Below are positions 28,314 to 39,060 of a DNA stretch of 64,000 nt, one piece after another; the stretch's first letter is position 1; each line of letters opens with the position of its first letter. Both the position numbers and the translations under genes were made by a program. The notes under the pieces were generated by a model that saw only the letters and a program-made list of their open reading frames with translations, had not been told where the DNA came from and did no database searches. Source of the stretch: an uncultured Acidimicrobiia bacterium (lineage in GTDB: Bacteria > Actinomycetota > Acidimicrobiia > IMCC26256 > JAENVU01); assembly GCA_963801105.1 (NCBI GenBank), contig CAWDDH010000003.1, positions 2,992,235 to 3,056,234 on the forward strand. The letters run 5' to 3'.

Positions 28314-28340
28314 GACGTCGCCCGGACCGGGAATGTGACT
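28314..28340 (-). promoter_or_regulatory. candidate ECF41-type promoter (AGTCACA-N16-CGTC) immediately upstream of the sigma gene
   Basis: The minus strand reads AGTCACA ttcccggtccgggcga CGTC, then 14 nt, then ATG 28299. The published ECF41 target motif, as I recall it, is TGTCACA-N16-CGTC. Confidence 0.45.
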
Positions 28341-28383
28341 GCCGCCCCGGTGATCCCCTCGGGGCGACGGCTACCGTGGCCCC

Positions 28384-28650
28384 GTGAGCGGCCCACGAGT
28401 CCCCGGTGGCGTGGTGCACGCACTTCCTCGAGATCTGCGGACGGCGCTGATCGCCGACCCGAGCGCACTCGGGGCCTGGAAGGACATCACACCGCTGGCC
28501 CGCAACGAGTTCATCTGCTGGGTCGAGGATGCCAAGCAGGCGACGACCCGCGAGCGCCGCATCCGCCGGACCCGCGAGGAGTTGGAGGAGGGCCGGCGCC
28601 GGCCCTGCTGTTGGCCGGGGTGCAAGCACCGCGAGCGCACCGGCAAGTAG
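28384..28650 (+). CDS. YdeI/OmpD-associated family protein
   Basis: Track ORF 28384..28650. The strings LPRDLRTAL, AWKDITPLARNEFICWVEDAKQATTRERRI and CCWPGC are typical of YdeI-like proteins. Confidence 0.7.
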   Translation: MSGPRVPGGVVHALPRDLRTALIADPSALGAWKDITPLARNEFICWVEDAKQATTRERRIRRTREELEEGRRRPCCWPGCKHRERTGK

Positions 28651-28672
28651 CCGCCGGTCGGCGGCCCGGGCC

Positions 28673-28948
28673 TCAATCTCGCCGGTCTTCGCGACGAGCC
28701 CTTCGGCGCCGGTGGCGGCGCATGACACCCAAACCGAACCAGACCAGCGCGCCGAGCAGTGCCGACGCGATCGTGAGAAGCCACACCGGCCAGGTGAAGC
28801 TCCAGAACAGAAATGAGAGGCTCACGTCCTCGGCGTTCTGCACGACGAAGATCAGGAGCAGCCCGGCTCCGGTGAGCGAAGCGATCGCGCCGCCACTGAG
28901 GCCGCGACCTTGCCCGTCCGGTGCCCCAGCCTCGGTCTCGTCGGCCAT
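28673..28948 (-). CDS. LapA/DUF1049-family small membrane protein
   Basis: It has two TM helices flanking NAEDVSLSFLFWSFTWPVW and a basic RRHRRRRARRE tail. Confidence 0.65.
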   Translation of the reverse strand: MADETEAGAPDGQGRGLSGGAIASLTGAGLLLIFVVQNAEDVSLSFLFWSFTWPVWLLTIASALLGALVWFGLGVMRRHRRRRARREDRRD

Positions 28949-29026
28949 GGGCCTTCCCTCCTTGTGCTGCCGTCCACCTCACGCGGACCGGCATTCAGTC
29001 GGCGAACCCCTCTGAGAGTGAGGCGG

Positions 29027-29251
29027 CTACTTGCGGTGCAGCGCGTTCTTCACCTTGTCGATCATCGTCCCGGTCTTCTCGGCCACCGTGTCCGCAGCCT
29101 CGTCGACCTTGTCCTTGGCGTCGGCAACCTTCTCCTTGGCCTCACCGGCGCGGCGGTCCGCCTTGCCTTCGGCCTCCAGATCGTCCTTGCCCGTGACCGC
29201 GCCGGCAGCTTCCTTCGCCTTGCCCTTGATCTGATCTGACTGTGCTCCCAT
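29027..29251 (-). CDS. CsbD-family stress protein
   Basis: MGAQSDQIKGKAKEAAGAVTGKDDLEAEGKADRRAGEAKEKV... is the classic CsbD pattern. The start is ATG 29251, preceded by a purine-rich stretch (gagagggtggtgg). Confidence 0.8.
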   Translation of the reverse strand: MGAQSDQIKGKAKEAAGAVTGKDDLEAEGKADRRAGEAKEKVADAKDKVDEAADTVAEKTGTMIDKVKNALHRK

Positions 29252-29562
29252 GAGCCACCACCCTCTCGAAGACGACACTTCGTCGCGACCCCCGGGCCGC
29301 GACCGCCAACCCACTCTGACGGCGCCATGAGCGCCCCACCAGGGGCGGAGTGCCTGAAGCCCGGGGGTTCCTCGAGCGGCCTCCGAGAATCCAGTTGGGG
29401 TGCGTTGATGTACCCCGAACAACCTCTACGGCGTGCCTGGTCCGCGGCAGCTACTGCCGACCTCCCAGATCGACCCCCATCGTCTGGAGCGTTGCCCCGA
29501 GAGTGCCTTCGACCGGCGTGGGTCGTGAAGTCGTGTCGGATGGGAACTGTTCGCTGATGTTC

Positions 29563-30165
29563 CTAGAGCGTTCCCCCTATCGACACATGGGCGATACGCC
29601 GAGGCGACGAATCCAAATGGCGAGCGAGGTTCTCCAAGGACGAAGCAAGCCCAGTGGCGTGGTCCGCGCCAGAAATCCCATCTGGCACATCGGCGGCGGT
29701 GATCTCGACGAGGGTGCCTCCGTCCACCGCCTGCACCTTCCAGGTCATCGTCATCGTGCCGGCGAACGCCGGGTCATCGGAGACGAAGTCCACCGCATGG
29801 ACGACCCGAGCGTCGGGAACGACGTCGAGGTAGCGAACCTCGACGACATCTGCGTCGAGAGAGCTCTTCCCCGGCGCGCCCGTCGGATCGTCGTAGGTCA
29901 GGATCAACCGGTAGGAGCCGCCAGGCCGTGGGTCGAACCGCTCGAAGGCAGCCGTCATCCCGCGAGGTGGGAGCCATGCCAGGAGGTCGTCGCGATCGAT
30001 GAACGCCTTGAACACGCGGGCCACAGGAGCTTCGACGACGAGCGAGGCGCGGTCCGTGCGAGGGATCGACTCCGATGCTAGGGCTTGATCCGAGACGAAC
30101 CCGCGCCCCAGAACGCCGGATCGGTGACGTGGAATCTGGACGCTCGAGGCATCGCGACTCCGCAA
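29563..30165 (-). CDS. SRPBCC (AHSA1/START-like) domain protein; start uncertain
   Basis: The core is SLVVEAPVARVFKAFIDRDDLLAWLPP...PGGSYRLILTY...TMTMTWKVQAVDGGTLVEI. There is no ATG or GTG close to the domain start; TTG 30165 is the nearest candidate. GC at third codon positions is visibly lower than in the neighbours. Confidence 0.55.
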   Translation of the reverse strand: MRSRDASSVQIPRHRSGVLGRGFVSDQALASESIPRTDRASLVVEAPVARVFKAFIDRDDLLAWLPPRGMTAAFERFDPRPGGSYRLILTYDDPTGAPGKSSLDADVVEVRYLDVVPDARVVHAVDFVSDDPAFAGTMTMTWKVQAVDGGTLVEITAADVPDGISGADHATGLASSLENLARHLDSSPRRIAHVSIGGTL

Positions 30166-30265
30166 TCGCGAACCCAAGCAGATTGCCCGCTTCTGGTGCG
30201 GGCTCGCTCCCGCACCCGAGCGACACGTCACTCGCACCCGCCGCCGCGTGGGTCCCGATTTCGGG

Positions 30266-30359
30266 ATGGTCACACCCCGCCGTATGGGCCAACTCGCCGG
30301 CAACCATGCGTTCGGGGATCACTCGGGAGGCATGGTCACACCCCCATCGTATGGTGCAA
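30266..30359 (+). repeat. two copies of an imperfect direct repeat of about 27 nt (ATGGTCACACCCCnnnCGTATGGnnCAA), period 66 bp, upstream of the DUF222/HNH gene
   Basis: Copy 1 at 30266-30292 is ATGGTCACACCCCGCCGTATGGGCCAA. Copy 2 at 30332-30359 is ATGGTCACACCCCCATCGTATGGTGCAA. Each contains a TANNNT-like hexamer (TATGGG / TATGGT). Confidence 0.7.
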
Positions 30360-30397
30360 ACCATCGTCGGAAGCGTCTCGCGGAGGAGGTCGGGTCG

Positions 30398-31594
30398 GTG
30401 TTGCAGTCGCTGCTTCGTGATGCGCGGGCGCTCGTCGCCGGCCTCGATGTGGAGGGCCTGTCCGGCGCCTCGGCGCGGGCGATGGTCGAGGATTTCGCCG
30501 AGCTCGAACGTCTCGCCGCGGCCGGGAAGCTGCTGGCCACGGGCCGCCTGGTCGCGTCCGGCGCCGGTCCCGGCGACGACTCCTTCCGCGACGTGGACGC
30601 CTGGCTGGCCTCCGTGGCCGGTACCACCGTCGGAGCGGCCCGAGCCACCACGAAGGCCGCCGCGAAGGTGCTCGACCAGCCGGAGATCGAGTCCGCGGTG
30701 CGTGCCGGTGGGCTCTCGGGGGCGCAGGCAGAGATGGTGGCAATCGCATCCGCCGCCGACGGGGACGCGTCACGCCGGTTGGTCGAGCTCGCATCCCACG
30801 CCGGGGTCAAGGGCCTGCGAGCCGAGTGCGACCGCGTGATCGCCGCGGCCCGGTCGCGCGAGGCGGAGCAGGGAACGGCCGAGCACGTCCACGCGCTGCG
30901 CTCGCTGCGGCACTCCACCCGGACCGACGGCACCGGAACGATCACGATGACCGGTCCCGCGGACCGCACGGCGGCCGTGATGGCCGCCCTCGAGCCCTTC
31001 GAGCGAGCACTCTTCGCCGACCACCGCCGCGCCGGGGTCCACGAGCATCCCGACGCCACGGCGTTCGACGCGATGGTCGACCTCGCGGCAACGGCCGCAT
31101 CCCACGGCCCTCACGCCGCACGCGGCACCCGTCCCCTCGCCGCGATCCACCTGCACGTGTCGCAGGAAGCCTTCGCTCGTGGTCACACCCGACCCGGCGA
31201 GATCTGCGAGATCGACGGCGCCGGGCCCGTTCCCGTCTCCACCGCGCACCGTTTGGCGTCGGACGCGATCGTGAGGGCACTGGTGACCGATGGGGTCGAC
31301 GTGACCCGCGTCGTGCACCTCGGTCGGTCGATCCCCTCGAGCGTGAGGACGGCGATCGAGACCCGCGACCGTGTCTGCGTCATCGAGGGCTGCGAGGTCG
31401 ACCGCCACCTCGAGATCGACCACAACGTCCCGTATGCCCAAGGCGGCCCGACGTCGCTCGAGAACCTCGGACGCGTCTGTGCGTACCACCACGACCAGAA
31501 GACCCGCCGGGACCTGCGAAGACACGGGCCGCCGGGCCGACAACGGTTGCTCGACCAACTCGCCTCCGGCACCGCGCTCGCCCGCGCCGGCTGA
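30398..31594 (+). CDS. DUF222 domain / HNH endonuclease protein (REP13E12-like family)
   Basis: GTG 30398 lies 7 nt after a GGAGGAGG SD. It has the DUF222-like N-terminal and middle region, and a C-terminal HNH motif (CVIEGCEVDRHLEIDHNVPYAQGGPTSLENLGRVCAYHHDQK). Confidence 0.8.
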   Translation: MLQSLLRDARALVAGLDVEGLSGASARAMVEDFAELERLAAAGKLLATGRLVASGAGPGDDSFRDVDAWLASVAGTTVGAARATTKAAAKVLDQPEIESAVRAGGLSGAQAEMVAIASAADGDASRRLVELASHAGVKGLRAECDRVIAAARSREAEQGTAEHVHALRSLRHSTRTDGTGTITMTGPADRTAAVMAALEPFERALFADHRRAGVHEHPDATAFDAMVDLAATAASHGPHAARGTRPLAAIHLHVSQEAFARGHTRPGEICEIDGAGPVPVSTAHRLASDAIVRALVTDGVDVTRVVHLGRSIPSSVRTAIETRDRVCVIEGCEVDRHLEIDHNVPYAQGGPTSLENLGRVCAYHHDQKTRRDLRRHGPPGRQRLLDQLASGTALARAG

Positions 31595-31609
31595 GCCGAT
31601 GCGCGGCAA

Positions 31610-32182
31610 TCAGGGCGCGAAGCGCGGCTCGGGGCCGGCGGGGCCGCGGTGCAGGAGGTCGCGCAGACGGGCGATGCGCGGGTCGTCGGGGCCGAGGAGG
31701 TCCACGAGCCAGCCGATCGCCGCGTGGAGGTCGGCGGTGCCGACTTCGGCGACGGCCTCGATGTCGGCCCAGTCCTTGGTGCGGTCGAAGAACGCCTTGA
31801 ACACCACCAGCTCGGTCGCACCCAACACGGGCACCGTGATGCCGGCGAAGGGCACCCGGTCCACGTGGATCTGAGCGACGTCATGGAAGGCGTGCGTGGT
31901 GAAGAACAGGTCGATCGGCGTGTCGTCCCAGAAGACCCGCACCTGCCCGTCGCGCCGGACCCGCTCGACATCGGCGGCGTCCCACGAGACCTCCGCGGGC
32001 AGCGCGGCGAAGACCTCCGAGACCCGGTCCGGGGAGACGAAGACGTTGACGTCGATGTCGCGCGTCGCCCGCGGCTCCTGCACGTGGAACGCCAGCGCGA
32101 GCGCACCGCCGAACGCGTGCGGGACCGCCGCGGCATCCAGCGCCCGTTCGATCGCGACGATGCACTCGACGAGCGTGGCCAT
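31610..32182 (-). CDS. small nucleotidyltransferase-fold protein (AbiEii/MenT-like core motif), candidate toxin
   Basis: FGGALALAFHVQEPRATRDIDVNVF resembles the GG(T)AL ... R-x-(S/T)-x-D-h-D motif of the AbiEii/DUF1814 nucleotidyltransferases. It is 190 aa. The start overlaps the upstream stop (TGATG). Confidence 0.55.
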   Translation of the reverse strand: MATLVECIVAIERALDAAAVPHAFGGALALAFHVQEPRATRDIDVNVFVSPDRVSEVFAALPAEVSWDAADVERVRRDGQVRVFWDDTPIDLFFTTHAFHDVAQIHVDRVPFAGITVPVLGATELVVFKAFFDRTKDWADIEAVAEVGTADLHAAIGWLVDLLGPDDPRIARLRDLLHRGPAGPEPRFAP

Positions 32183-32499
32183 CAGCGCAGCGGCGGGAAG
32201 CTGAGTCGGCGGGCCGCGGGCCGGCGCGGCAGATGCTCGGCCAGGTCCAGGACCTGCTCGAGCCGGCGGCCCGCGACCTGCGGATCGGGCGCCGATCGCG
32301 CCGCGAGCCGCACGTCGGCATCGGCGCCCGCCGCGGTCACGATGCGCATCAGGGTGTCCACGGTCGGGACCCGGCTCCCCTGCTCGTAGGTCACGATCGC
32401 AGCCGGTGACGTGCCGGCCCGGCGCGCCAGCTCCCGCTTGGAGAGTCCGGCCCGCTCCCGGGCGCTGCGGATCAGCACGGCGGCATCCATGACCACCAT
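32182..32499 (-). CDS. XRE-family helix-turn-helix protein, candidate antitoxin
   Basis: This is the in-frame tail of track ORF 32182..33846: MVVMDAAVLIRSARERAGLSKRELARRAGTSPAAIVTYEQGSRVPTVDTLMRIV, a canonical HTH_XRE. It is 105 aa and translationally coupled to 31610..32182. Confidence 0.7.
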   Translation of the reverse strand: MVVMDAAVLIRSARERAGLSKRELARRAGTSPAAIVTYEQGSRVPTVDTLMRIVTAAGADADVRLAARSAPDPQVAGRRLEQVLDLAEHLPRRPAARRLSFPPLR

Positions 32500-32531
32500 G
32501 TTATCGGATCCGATAACACCGGGCTGGAGGG

Positions 32532-34370
<1,839 letters not shown>

Positions 34371-34468
34371 ACAGATCTCTCCGAGAGGGGAAGCCTCCAG
34401 TGTACCGGGGTCCGGGACCCCCGCTGGACTCGCGGCGGTAGGGTCGCGCCCGAACGAGGGGGACATCC

Positions 34469-36142
34469 ATGGCAGCTGATGTGGTGATCCGCGGTGGGCT
34501 CGTGGTCGACGGGACCGCCGCGCCGGGGTACGAGGCGGATGTCGCCATCACCGACGGCCGGATCAGCGAGATCGGCGCCGGCCTCTCGGGCAACCGGGTC
34601 CTCGACGCCGGAGGCCACGCGGTGACCCCCGGATTCGTCGACATCCACTCCCACTACGACGCCCAGGTCTTCTGGGACCCGGCGCTGACCCCGTCGAGCT
34701 TCCACGGCGTGACCACCGTCGTGGCCGGCAACTGTGGCTTCTCCATCGCGCCGTGCCGCCCTGAGCACCGGGATCTCCTCGCCCGCACCCTGATGCACGT
34801 GGAGGACATGGACATCGACACCTTGGCGGCGGGCATCCCCTGGGACTTCGAGACCTTCCCCGAGTACCTCGACTCGGTCGGCCGTCATGGCACCGCGCTC
34901 AACTACGGCGTCTACGTGGGCCACACCGCGACCCGCATCTACGTCATGGGTGAGGACGCCTACGAGCGCGACCCGAGCAGCGACGAGCTCCGCGCGATGC
35001 AGGCCGTCGTCCGCGAGGCGATGGCGGCCGGCGCGATGGGCTTCGCGACGAGCTCCTCGGGCACCCACAACGGAGACCAGGGGCGGCCGGTCCCGAGCCG
35101 ACGCGCGGATCTCGCGGAGCTCGAGGCCCTGCTCCAGCCGCTGCACGACCTCGGCAAGGGTGTCGCCGCGCTGCTGCCCGGCGAGAAGATCAAGCACGCC
35201 GACGTGTACGGGCTCCAGGCTCGCATCGGCCGTCCGCTCACCTGGACCGCGCTCCTCACCGTCAAGGGCTTCCCCTGGCACGAGGGGATCATCGAGGACA
35301 ACGACGAGGCGCGCGCACAGGGCGGCCAGGTGTGGCCGCAGATCTCGGTGCGCCCGCTCGCGTTCCAGATGAACCTGCGGGAGCCGTTCACGTTCAACAT
35401 GGCGCCGGCGTTCGCCGCGCTCATGGACCACCCCGTCGCCGAACGCATCGCCGCGTACCGCGACCCCGCGTGGCGGCGCCAGGCGCTCGAGGACCTCGAG
35501 ACCAAGACGATGATCCGCCCCAACTGGGCGGCGCTCGAGGTGGCCGAGTGCGCCGCGTTCCCCGAGCTGATCGGCCGCAAGGTGACGGACCTCGCGGCCG
35601 AGCGCGACTGCACCCCCCTGGACGCGATGATCGACCTCGCGCTCGCGGACGACCTCGACACCCGCTTTCGCAGCGTGCTCGCCAACAACGACCCCGACGC
35701 CATCGCATGGCTGCTCCAGCAGGAGGGCTGCCTCCTCGGTCTCGCCGACTCGGGCGCGCACGTCAGCCAGCTGTGCGACGCGTGCCTCCCGACCGACCTC
35801 CTCGGGAACTGGGTCCGGGAGAAGGAGGTCATCACCCTGGAGCACGCGGTGCACAAGCTCACCGGCGAGCCCGCCGCGGTCTTCGGCCTCGACGCCCCCG
35901 ACGGCGGCCGAGGCCGGCTGGTGGTCGGCATGGCGGCCGACGTCACCGTCTTCGACCCCGCGACCGTGGCCCCCGGACCGCTCCGCCGGATCCGCGACTT
36001 CCCCGCCGACGGCGAGCGCCTGACCGCGGACCAACCGTCGGGCATGCGCCACACCCTGGTGAACGGCACCCCGATCCGCGTCGACGGCGCGCCCGATGCC
36101 GACGGCCTCGCTCGCCGGCCGGGCGCGGTGCTGCGCAGCTGA
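34469..36142 (+). CDS. N-acyl-D-amino-acid deacylase family amidohydrolase
   Basis: Track ORF 34469..36142. It has the [20 protein letters not shown] start, [21 protein letters not shown] and LADSGAHV, as in D-aminoacylase-type amidohydrolases. Confidence 0.8.
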   Translation: MAADVVIRGGLVVDGTAAPGYEADVAITDGRISEIGAGLSGNRVLDAGGHAVTPGFVDIHSHYDAQVFWDPALTPSSFHGVTTVVAGNCGFSIAPCRPEHRDLLARTLMHVEDMDIDTLAAGIPWDFETFPEYLDSVGRHGTALNYGVYVGHTATRIYVMGEDAYERDPSSDELRAMQAVVREAMAAGAMGFATSSSGTHNGDQGRPVPSRRADLAELEALLQPLHDLGKGVAALLPGEKIKHADVYGLQARIGRPLTWTALLTVKGFPWHEGIIEDNDEARAQGGQVWPQISVRPLAFQMNLREPFTFNMAPAFAALMDHPVAERIAAYRDPAWRRQALEDLETKTMIRPNWAALEVAECAAFPELIGRKVTDLAAERDCTPLDAMIDLALADDLDTRFRSVLANNDPDAIAWLLQQEGCLLGLADSGAHVSQLCDACLPTDLLGNWVREKEVITLEHAVHKLTGEPAAVFGLDAPDGGRGRLVVGMAADVTVFDPATVAPGPLRRIRDFPADGERLTADQPSGMRHTLVNGTPIRVDGAPDADGLARRPGAVLRS

Positions 36143-36201
36143 GGCGCCCGCCCGGACATCGGAGTCGCGAACGGCGCGGAGCGGCCGGTACCCTGACCGG
36201 G

Positions 36202-37056
36202 ATGTCTCGAGCCCTCGTCACCGGGGCGACCGGGTTCGTGGGCCGGGCGCTGACCCGACGTCTCCTCGCCGACGGCTGGTCCGTCGCCGCACTCGTCCGG
36301 CGCCCCGATGCCGAGCTGCCGCCCGGCGTGGAGGTGCTCCGCATTCCCGACGCCGACTCCGACCTCGTGGAGCTCGTCGCGGCAACGGCGCCCACGCACT
36401 GCTTCCACCTCGCCACCGAGTTCCGCGGCGTGCACCAGGTCGCCGACATCGCCCCGATGATCGCGGCGAACCTGCAGTTCGGGACCGTGCTCGCCGAGGG
36501 CGCGGCCCGCGTATCGGGTCTGGCGTTCGTGAACACCGGGACGGTCTGGCAGCACTACGACGCCGCCCCGTACAGCCCGGTCTCGCTGTACGCCGCCACC
36601 AAGCAGGCGTTCTCCGACCTCCTCGTCTTCTACGCCGAGGTCGAAGGGCTCGCGGTGCACACCATCGAGCTGATGGATACCTACGGACCCGGCGACACCC
36701 GGGCCAAGCTCATCCCCTTCCTGCTCCGAGCCGGCACCGAAGGCACGCCGGTGGAGATGACCGACGGTAAGCAGCTGATCGATCTCGTCCACGTGGAGGA
36801 CGCCGTCGGTGCGCTCCTCGCGACCGCGGCCGCGCCGGCCGGCGCGAACTACGGCGCACGCGGCGACGGCGCGATCACCCTGCGCGAGTTGGTCGACCGG
36901 TTCCAGGCCGCGACCGGGCTCACGCTCGACGTCCGATGGGGCGTCCGCCCCGCCCGACCGCGCGAGATGCTCCGGCCCTGGATGACCGCCGACCCGCCCC
37001 CGGGCTGGAGCCCGGCGGTCACGCTCGACGCCGGCCTGCGCGCGCTCGTCGGCTGA
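36202..37056 (+). CDS. NAD-dependent epimerase/dehydratase family protein
   Basis: MSRALVTGATGFVGRALTRRLL (GxxGxxG) and YAATK (YxxxK) are present. ATG 36202 lies within track ORF 35332..37056. Confidence 0.8.
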   Translation: MSRALVTGATGFVGRALTRRLLADGWSVAALVRRPDAELPPGVEVLRIPDADSDLVELVAATAPTHCFHLATEFRGVHQVADIAPMIAANLQFGTVLAEGAARVSGLAFVNTGTVWQHYDAAPYSPVSLYAATKQAFSDLLVFYAEVEGLAVHTIELMDTYGPGDTRAKLIPFLLRAGTEGTPVEMTDGKQLIDLVHVEDAVGALLATAAAPAGANYGARGDGAITLRELVDRFQAATGLTLDVRWGVRPARPREMLRPWMTADPPPGWSPAVTLDAGLRALVG

Positions 37057-37083
37057 GCCCGCAAGCACCGCGCCGCGCCTCGC

Positions 37084-37771
37084 TCACCCGGCGGGCTTGG
37101 TCTTGCCGATCCGCTGGTAGACCTCGGGCGGGATGGCGGTCACGTCCTTGTACACGTGGTGGACGCACGGCTCCCCCACGCGCTCGGGCGGGAACTCGAT
37201 GCTCGTGGGGGTCGCTCCCCATTCGACGGGTTGGATCTCGTTGTTCACCGAGCAGTGCGCGCAGTAGACCCACAACTCGTCGCGCATGAACGTGCCGCGC
37301 GCCCCGCTCCCGCAGCATCGCGTACGCGTGCTCGCCCTCGTACCGACCGTCCTCGATGAGCTGGCCGCCACTCCCGCAGCGGAACGAGAGGATGATCTTC
37401 TCGTCGTCCTCGGAGACCTCCACCGCGCCCATGTTGGCGAGCATCGAGCGCGCGATGACCTTGGCGCGCTGGGCGACGGGAAGGTCGCCCCATTCGGCGC
37501 CGGTCGCACGGCGCGGCCGGACGAACTCCTCGCCCGTCCCGCGCAGCGCGCGCTCGACGCCGTCCTCGCCCAGCTCGTCGGCCACGAACGTCAGCAGGGA
37601 CGTGATCCAGTTGATCGAGTAGTCCTTCAGGCTCGACCACTGCGTCACCGCGCGGGCGATCAGCTCCTTGGCGACATCGGGCTCCCCCGCGTCGATCGCA
37701 GCGGTGGCCTGCTCCCACAACGGCGTCTCCATCCGTGTGATCTCGGCATCGCTCAGCACTCGGTCCGTCAC
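37084..37771 (-). pseudogene. conserved-looking hypothetical protein with Cys-rich C-terminus, interrupted by one +1 frameshift near 37297
   Basis: The N-terminal part is in track ORF 37019..37771 (…ILSFRCGSGGQLIEDGRYEGEHAYAMLRERGA). It continues in ORF 37084..37509 (GTFMRDELWVYCAHCSVNNEIQPVEWG...IGKTKPAG). Both parts have coding-like GC3. It lies 6 nt downstream of the ACAD gene. Confidence 0.55.
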
Positions 37772-37777
37772 GGTGGC

Positions 37778-38971
37778 TCACCTCCGCGGCATGCCGAGCA
37801 CGCGCTCGGCGATGATGTTGCGCTGAATCTCGCTCGTGCCGCCGGGGATCGTCCCACCGAACGAGCGCATCCACTGCGTGGCCCACGATCCGTCGCGCCA
37901 CATCGCCGGGCCGAGCCGGGCCCGGTCGAGCCCCGGAGGTCCGAGCGCCTCGGCACCGAGCTGCAGACTGCGCTGCACCGCCTCGCTCCCGAACAGCTTG
38001 AGCAACGAGTGCTCGGAGGCCGACTTGCCCGCCATGAACTTCGAGAACCCGCGGTAGCCCATGCAGAGGAGCGCCTGCGCGTCGATCGCCAGGGTCGCCA
38101 CCTGGTCCCGGTACGCGGCATCGTCGCCGATCCGCCCACCGCCCGCCGAGGGCTCGTCGCCCAGCGCGACGAGCGCACGCAACGCGCGATCGAGGCTGTA
38201 CGCGTAGTCGATCCAGAGCATCGCCCGCTCGTGGGCGAGCGAGCCCTGCGTGATCGGCCATCCGTGGTCCACCTCCCCGAGCAGGTTCGCCCGGGGGACC
38301 CGGGCGTCGGTGAAGAACACCTCGTTGAAGTCCATGAAGTCCGGCTCGGTCAGCTCGGGGAAGGGGCGAGGCTCCACGCCCGGCGTCTTCATGTCGACGA
38401 TGAGCGCACTGATGCCCTGGTGCTTGGGGACCTCGGTGTTGGTCCGCACGAAGCACAGGCACCAATCGGCGTGGTGCGCGCCGGAGGTCCACACCTTCTG
38501 GCCGTTGACGACGAACTCGTCACCGTCGGACACGGCGCGGGTGCGGAGGCTCGCGAGGTCGCTGCCGGCGGACGGCTCGCTCATCCCGAGGCACCACGCG
38601 ATCTCGGCGCGCAGCGTCGGGAGCAGGAACTGCTCGATCTGCTCGGGCGTGCCGTAGTCCCGGATGGACGGGGCGATGATCCCGAGCCCCTGCGGGTTGA
38701 GGCTGCGCGGGATCTGCCGGCGCGACATCTCCTCGAAGTAGATCATCTGCTCGACCGGCGACGCGTCGCGTCCGCCGAGCTCGGGCGGCCACCCCGGGAC
38801 GAGCCAGCCGGCGTCGAACAGCGTCCGCTGCCAGGCGCGCGCCCAGGGTGGGAGATCCGCGCTCGACCGCTTCGGCCGCGCCAGCACCTCGGGCGGCGGC
38901 AGGTGGGCGTCGAGCCACGCCGTCAGCTCGGCCCGGAAGGCTTCCTCCTCGGCTCCGTACCGCAATCGCAC
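37778..38971 (-). CDS. acyl-CoA dehydrogenase family protein (alpha-type subunit with catalytic-domain pattern)
   Basis: Track ORF 37778..38971. It contains [39 protein letters not shown] and the C-terminal [17 protein letters not shown]. Confidence 0.85.
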   Translation of the reverse strand: MRLRYGAEEEAFRAELTAWLDAHLPPPEVLARPKRSSADLPPWARAWQRTLFDAGWLVPGWPPELGGRDASPVEQMIYFEEMSRRQIPRSLNPQGLGIIAPSIRDYGTPEQIEQFLLPTLRAEIAWCLGMSEPSAGSDLASLRTRAVSDGDEFVVNGQKVWTSGAHHADWCLCFVRTNTEVPKHQGISALIVDMKTPGVEPRPFPELTEPDFMDFNEVFFTDARVPRANLLGEVDHGWPITQGSLAHERAMLWIDYAYSLDRALRALVALGDEPSAGGGRIGDDAAYRDQVATLAIDAQALLCMGYRGFSKFMAGKSASEHSLLKLFGSEAVQRSLQLGAEALGPPGLDRARLGPAMWRDGSWATQWMRSFGGTIPGGTSEIQRNIIAERVLGMPRR

Positions 38972-39000
38972 CGCCGCACGGTACCCGCTAGGGTCGCCTC

Positions 39001-39018
39001 CCTGACGCCGGCGTCAGG
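39001..39018. promoter_or_regulatory. perfect 18-bp palindrome CCTGACGCCGGCGTCAGG in the divergent ACAD intergenic region (candidate operator)
   Basis: Read directly. It lies in the 89-bp gap between 38971 and 39061 and belongs to the CTGAC-N6-GTCAG set. Confidence 0.6.
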
Positions 39019-39060
39019 TCGCCGGCCCGAGGGTTGGGCCCGTCCCCGAGGAGCACCGGC

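Noticed and set aside
29401-29460. Possible SigF/SigB-type (GGTT ... GGGTAC) or sigma-54 (GGCAC...TTG) promoter upstream of csbD.
   Set aside because: The spacing between the candidate -35 and -10 elements is far too short for the SigF/SigB consensus. The GG/GC spacing does not fit sigma-54. Only the isolated GGGTAC hexamer remains.
29327-29557. Track ORF 29327..29557 (+, 76 aa) in the long csbD-SRPBCC gap.
   Set aside because: It has no coding-like third-position GC bias, no SD and no motifs. I treat it as non-coding.
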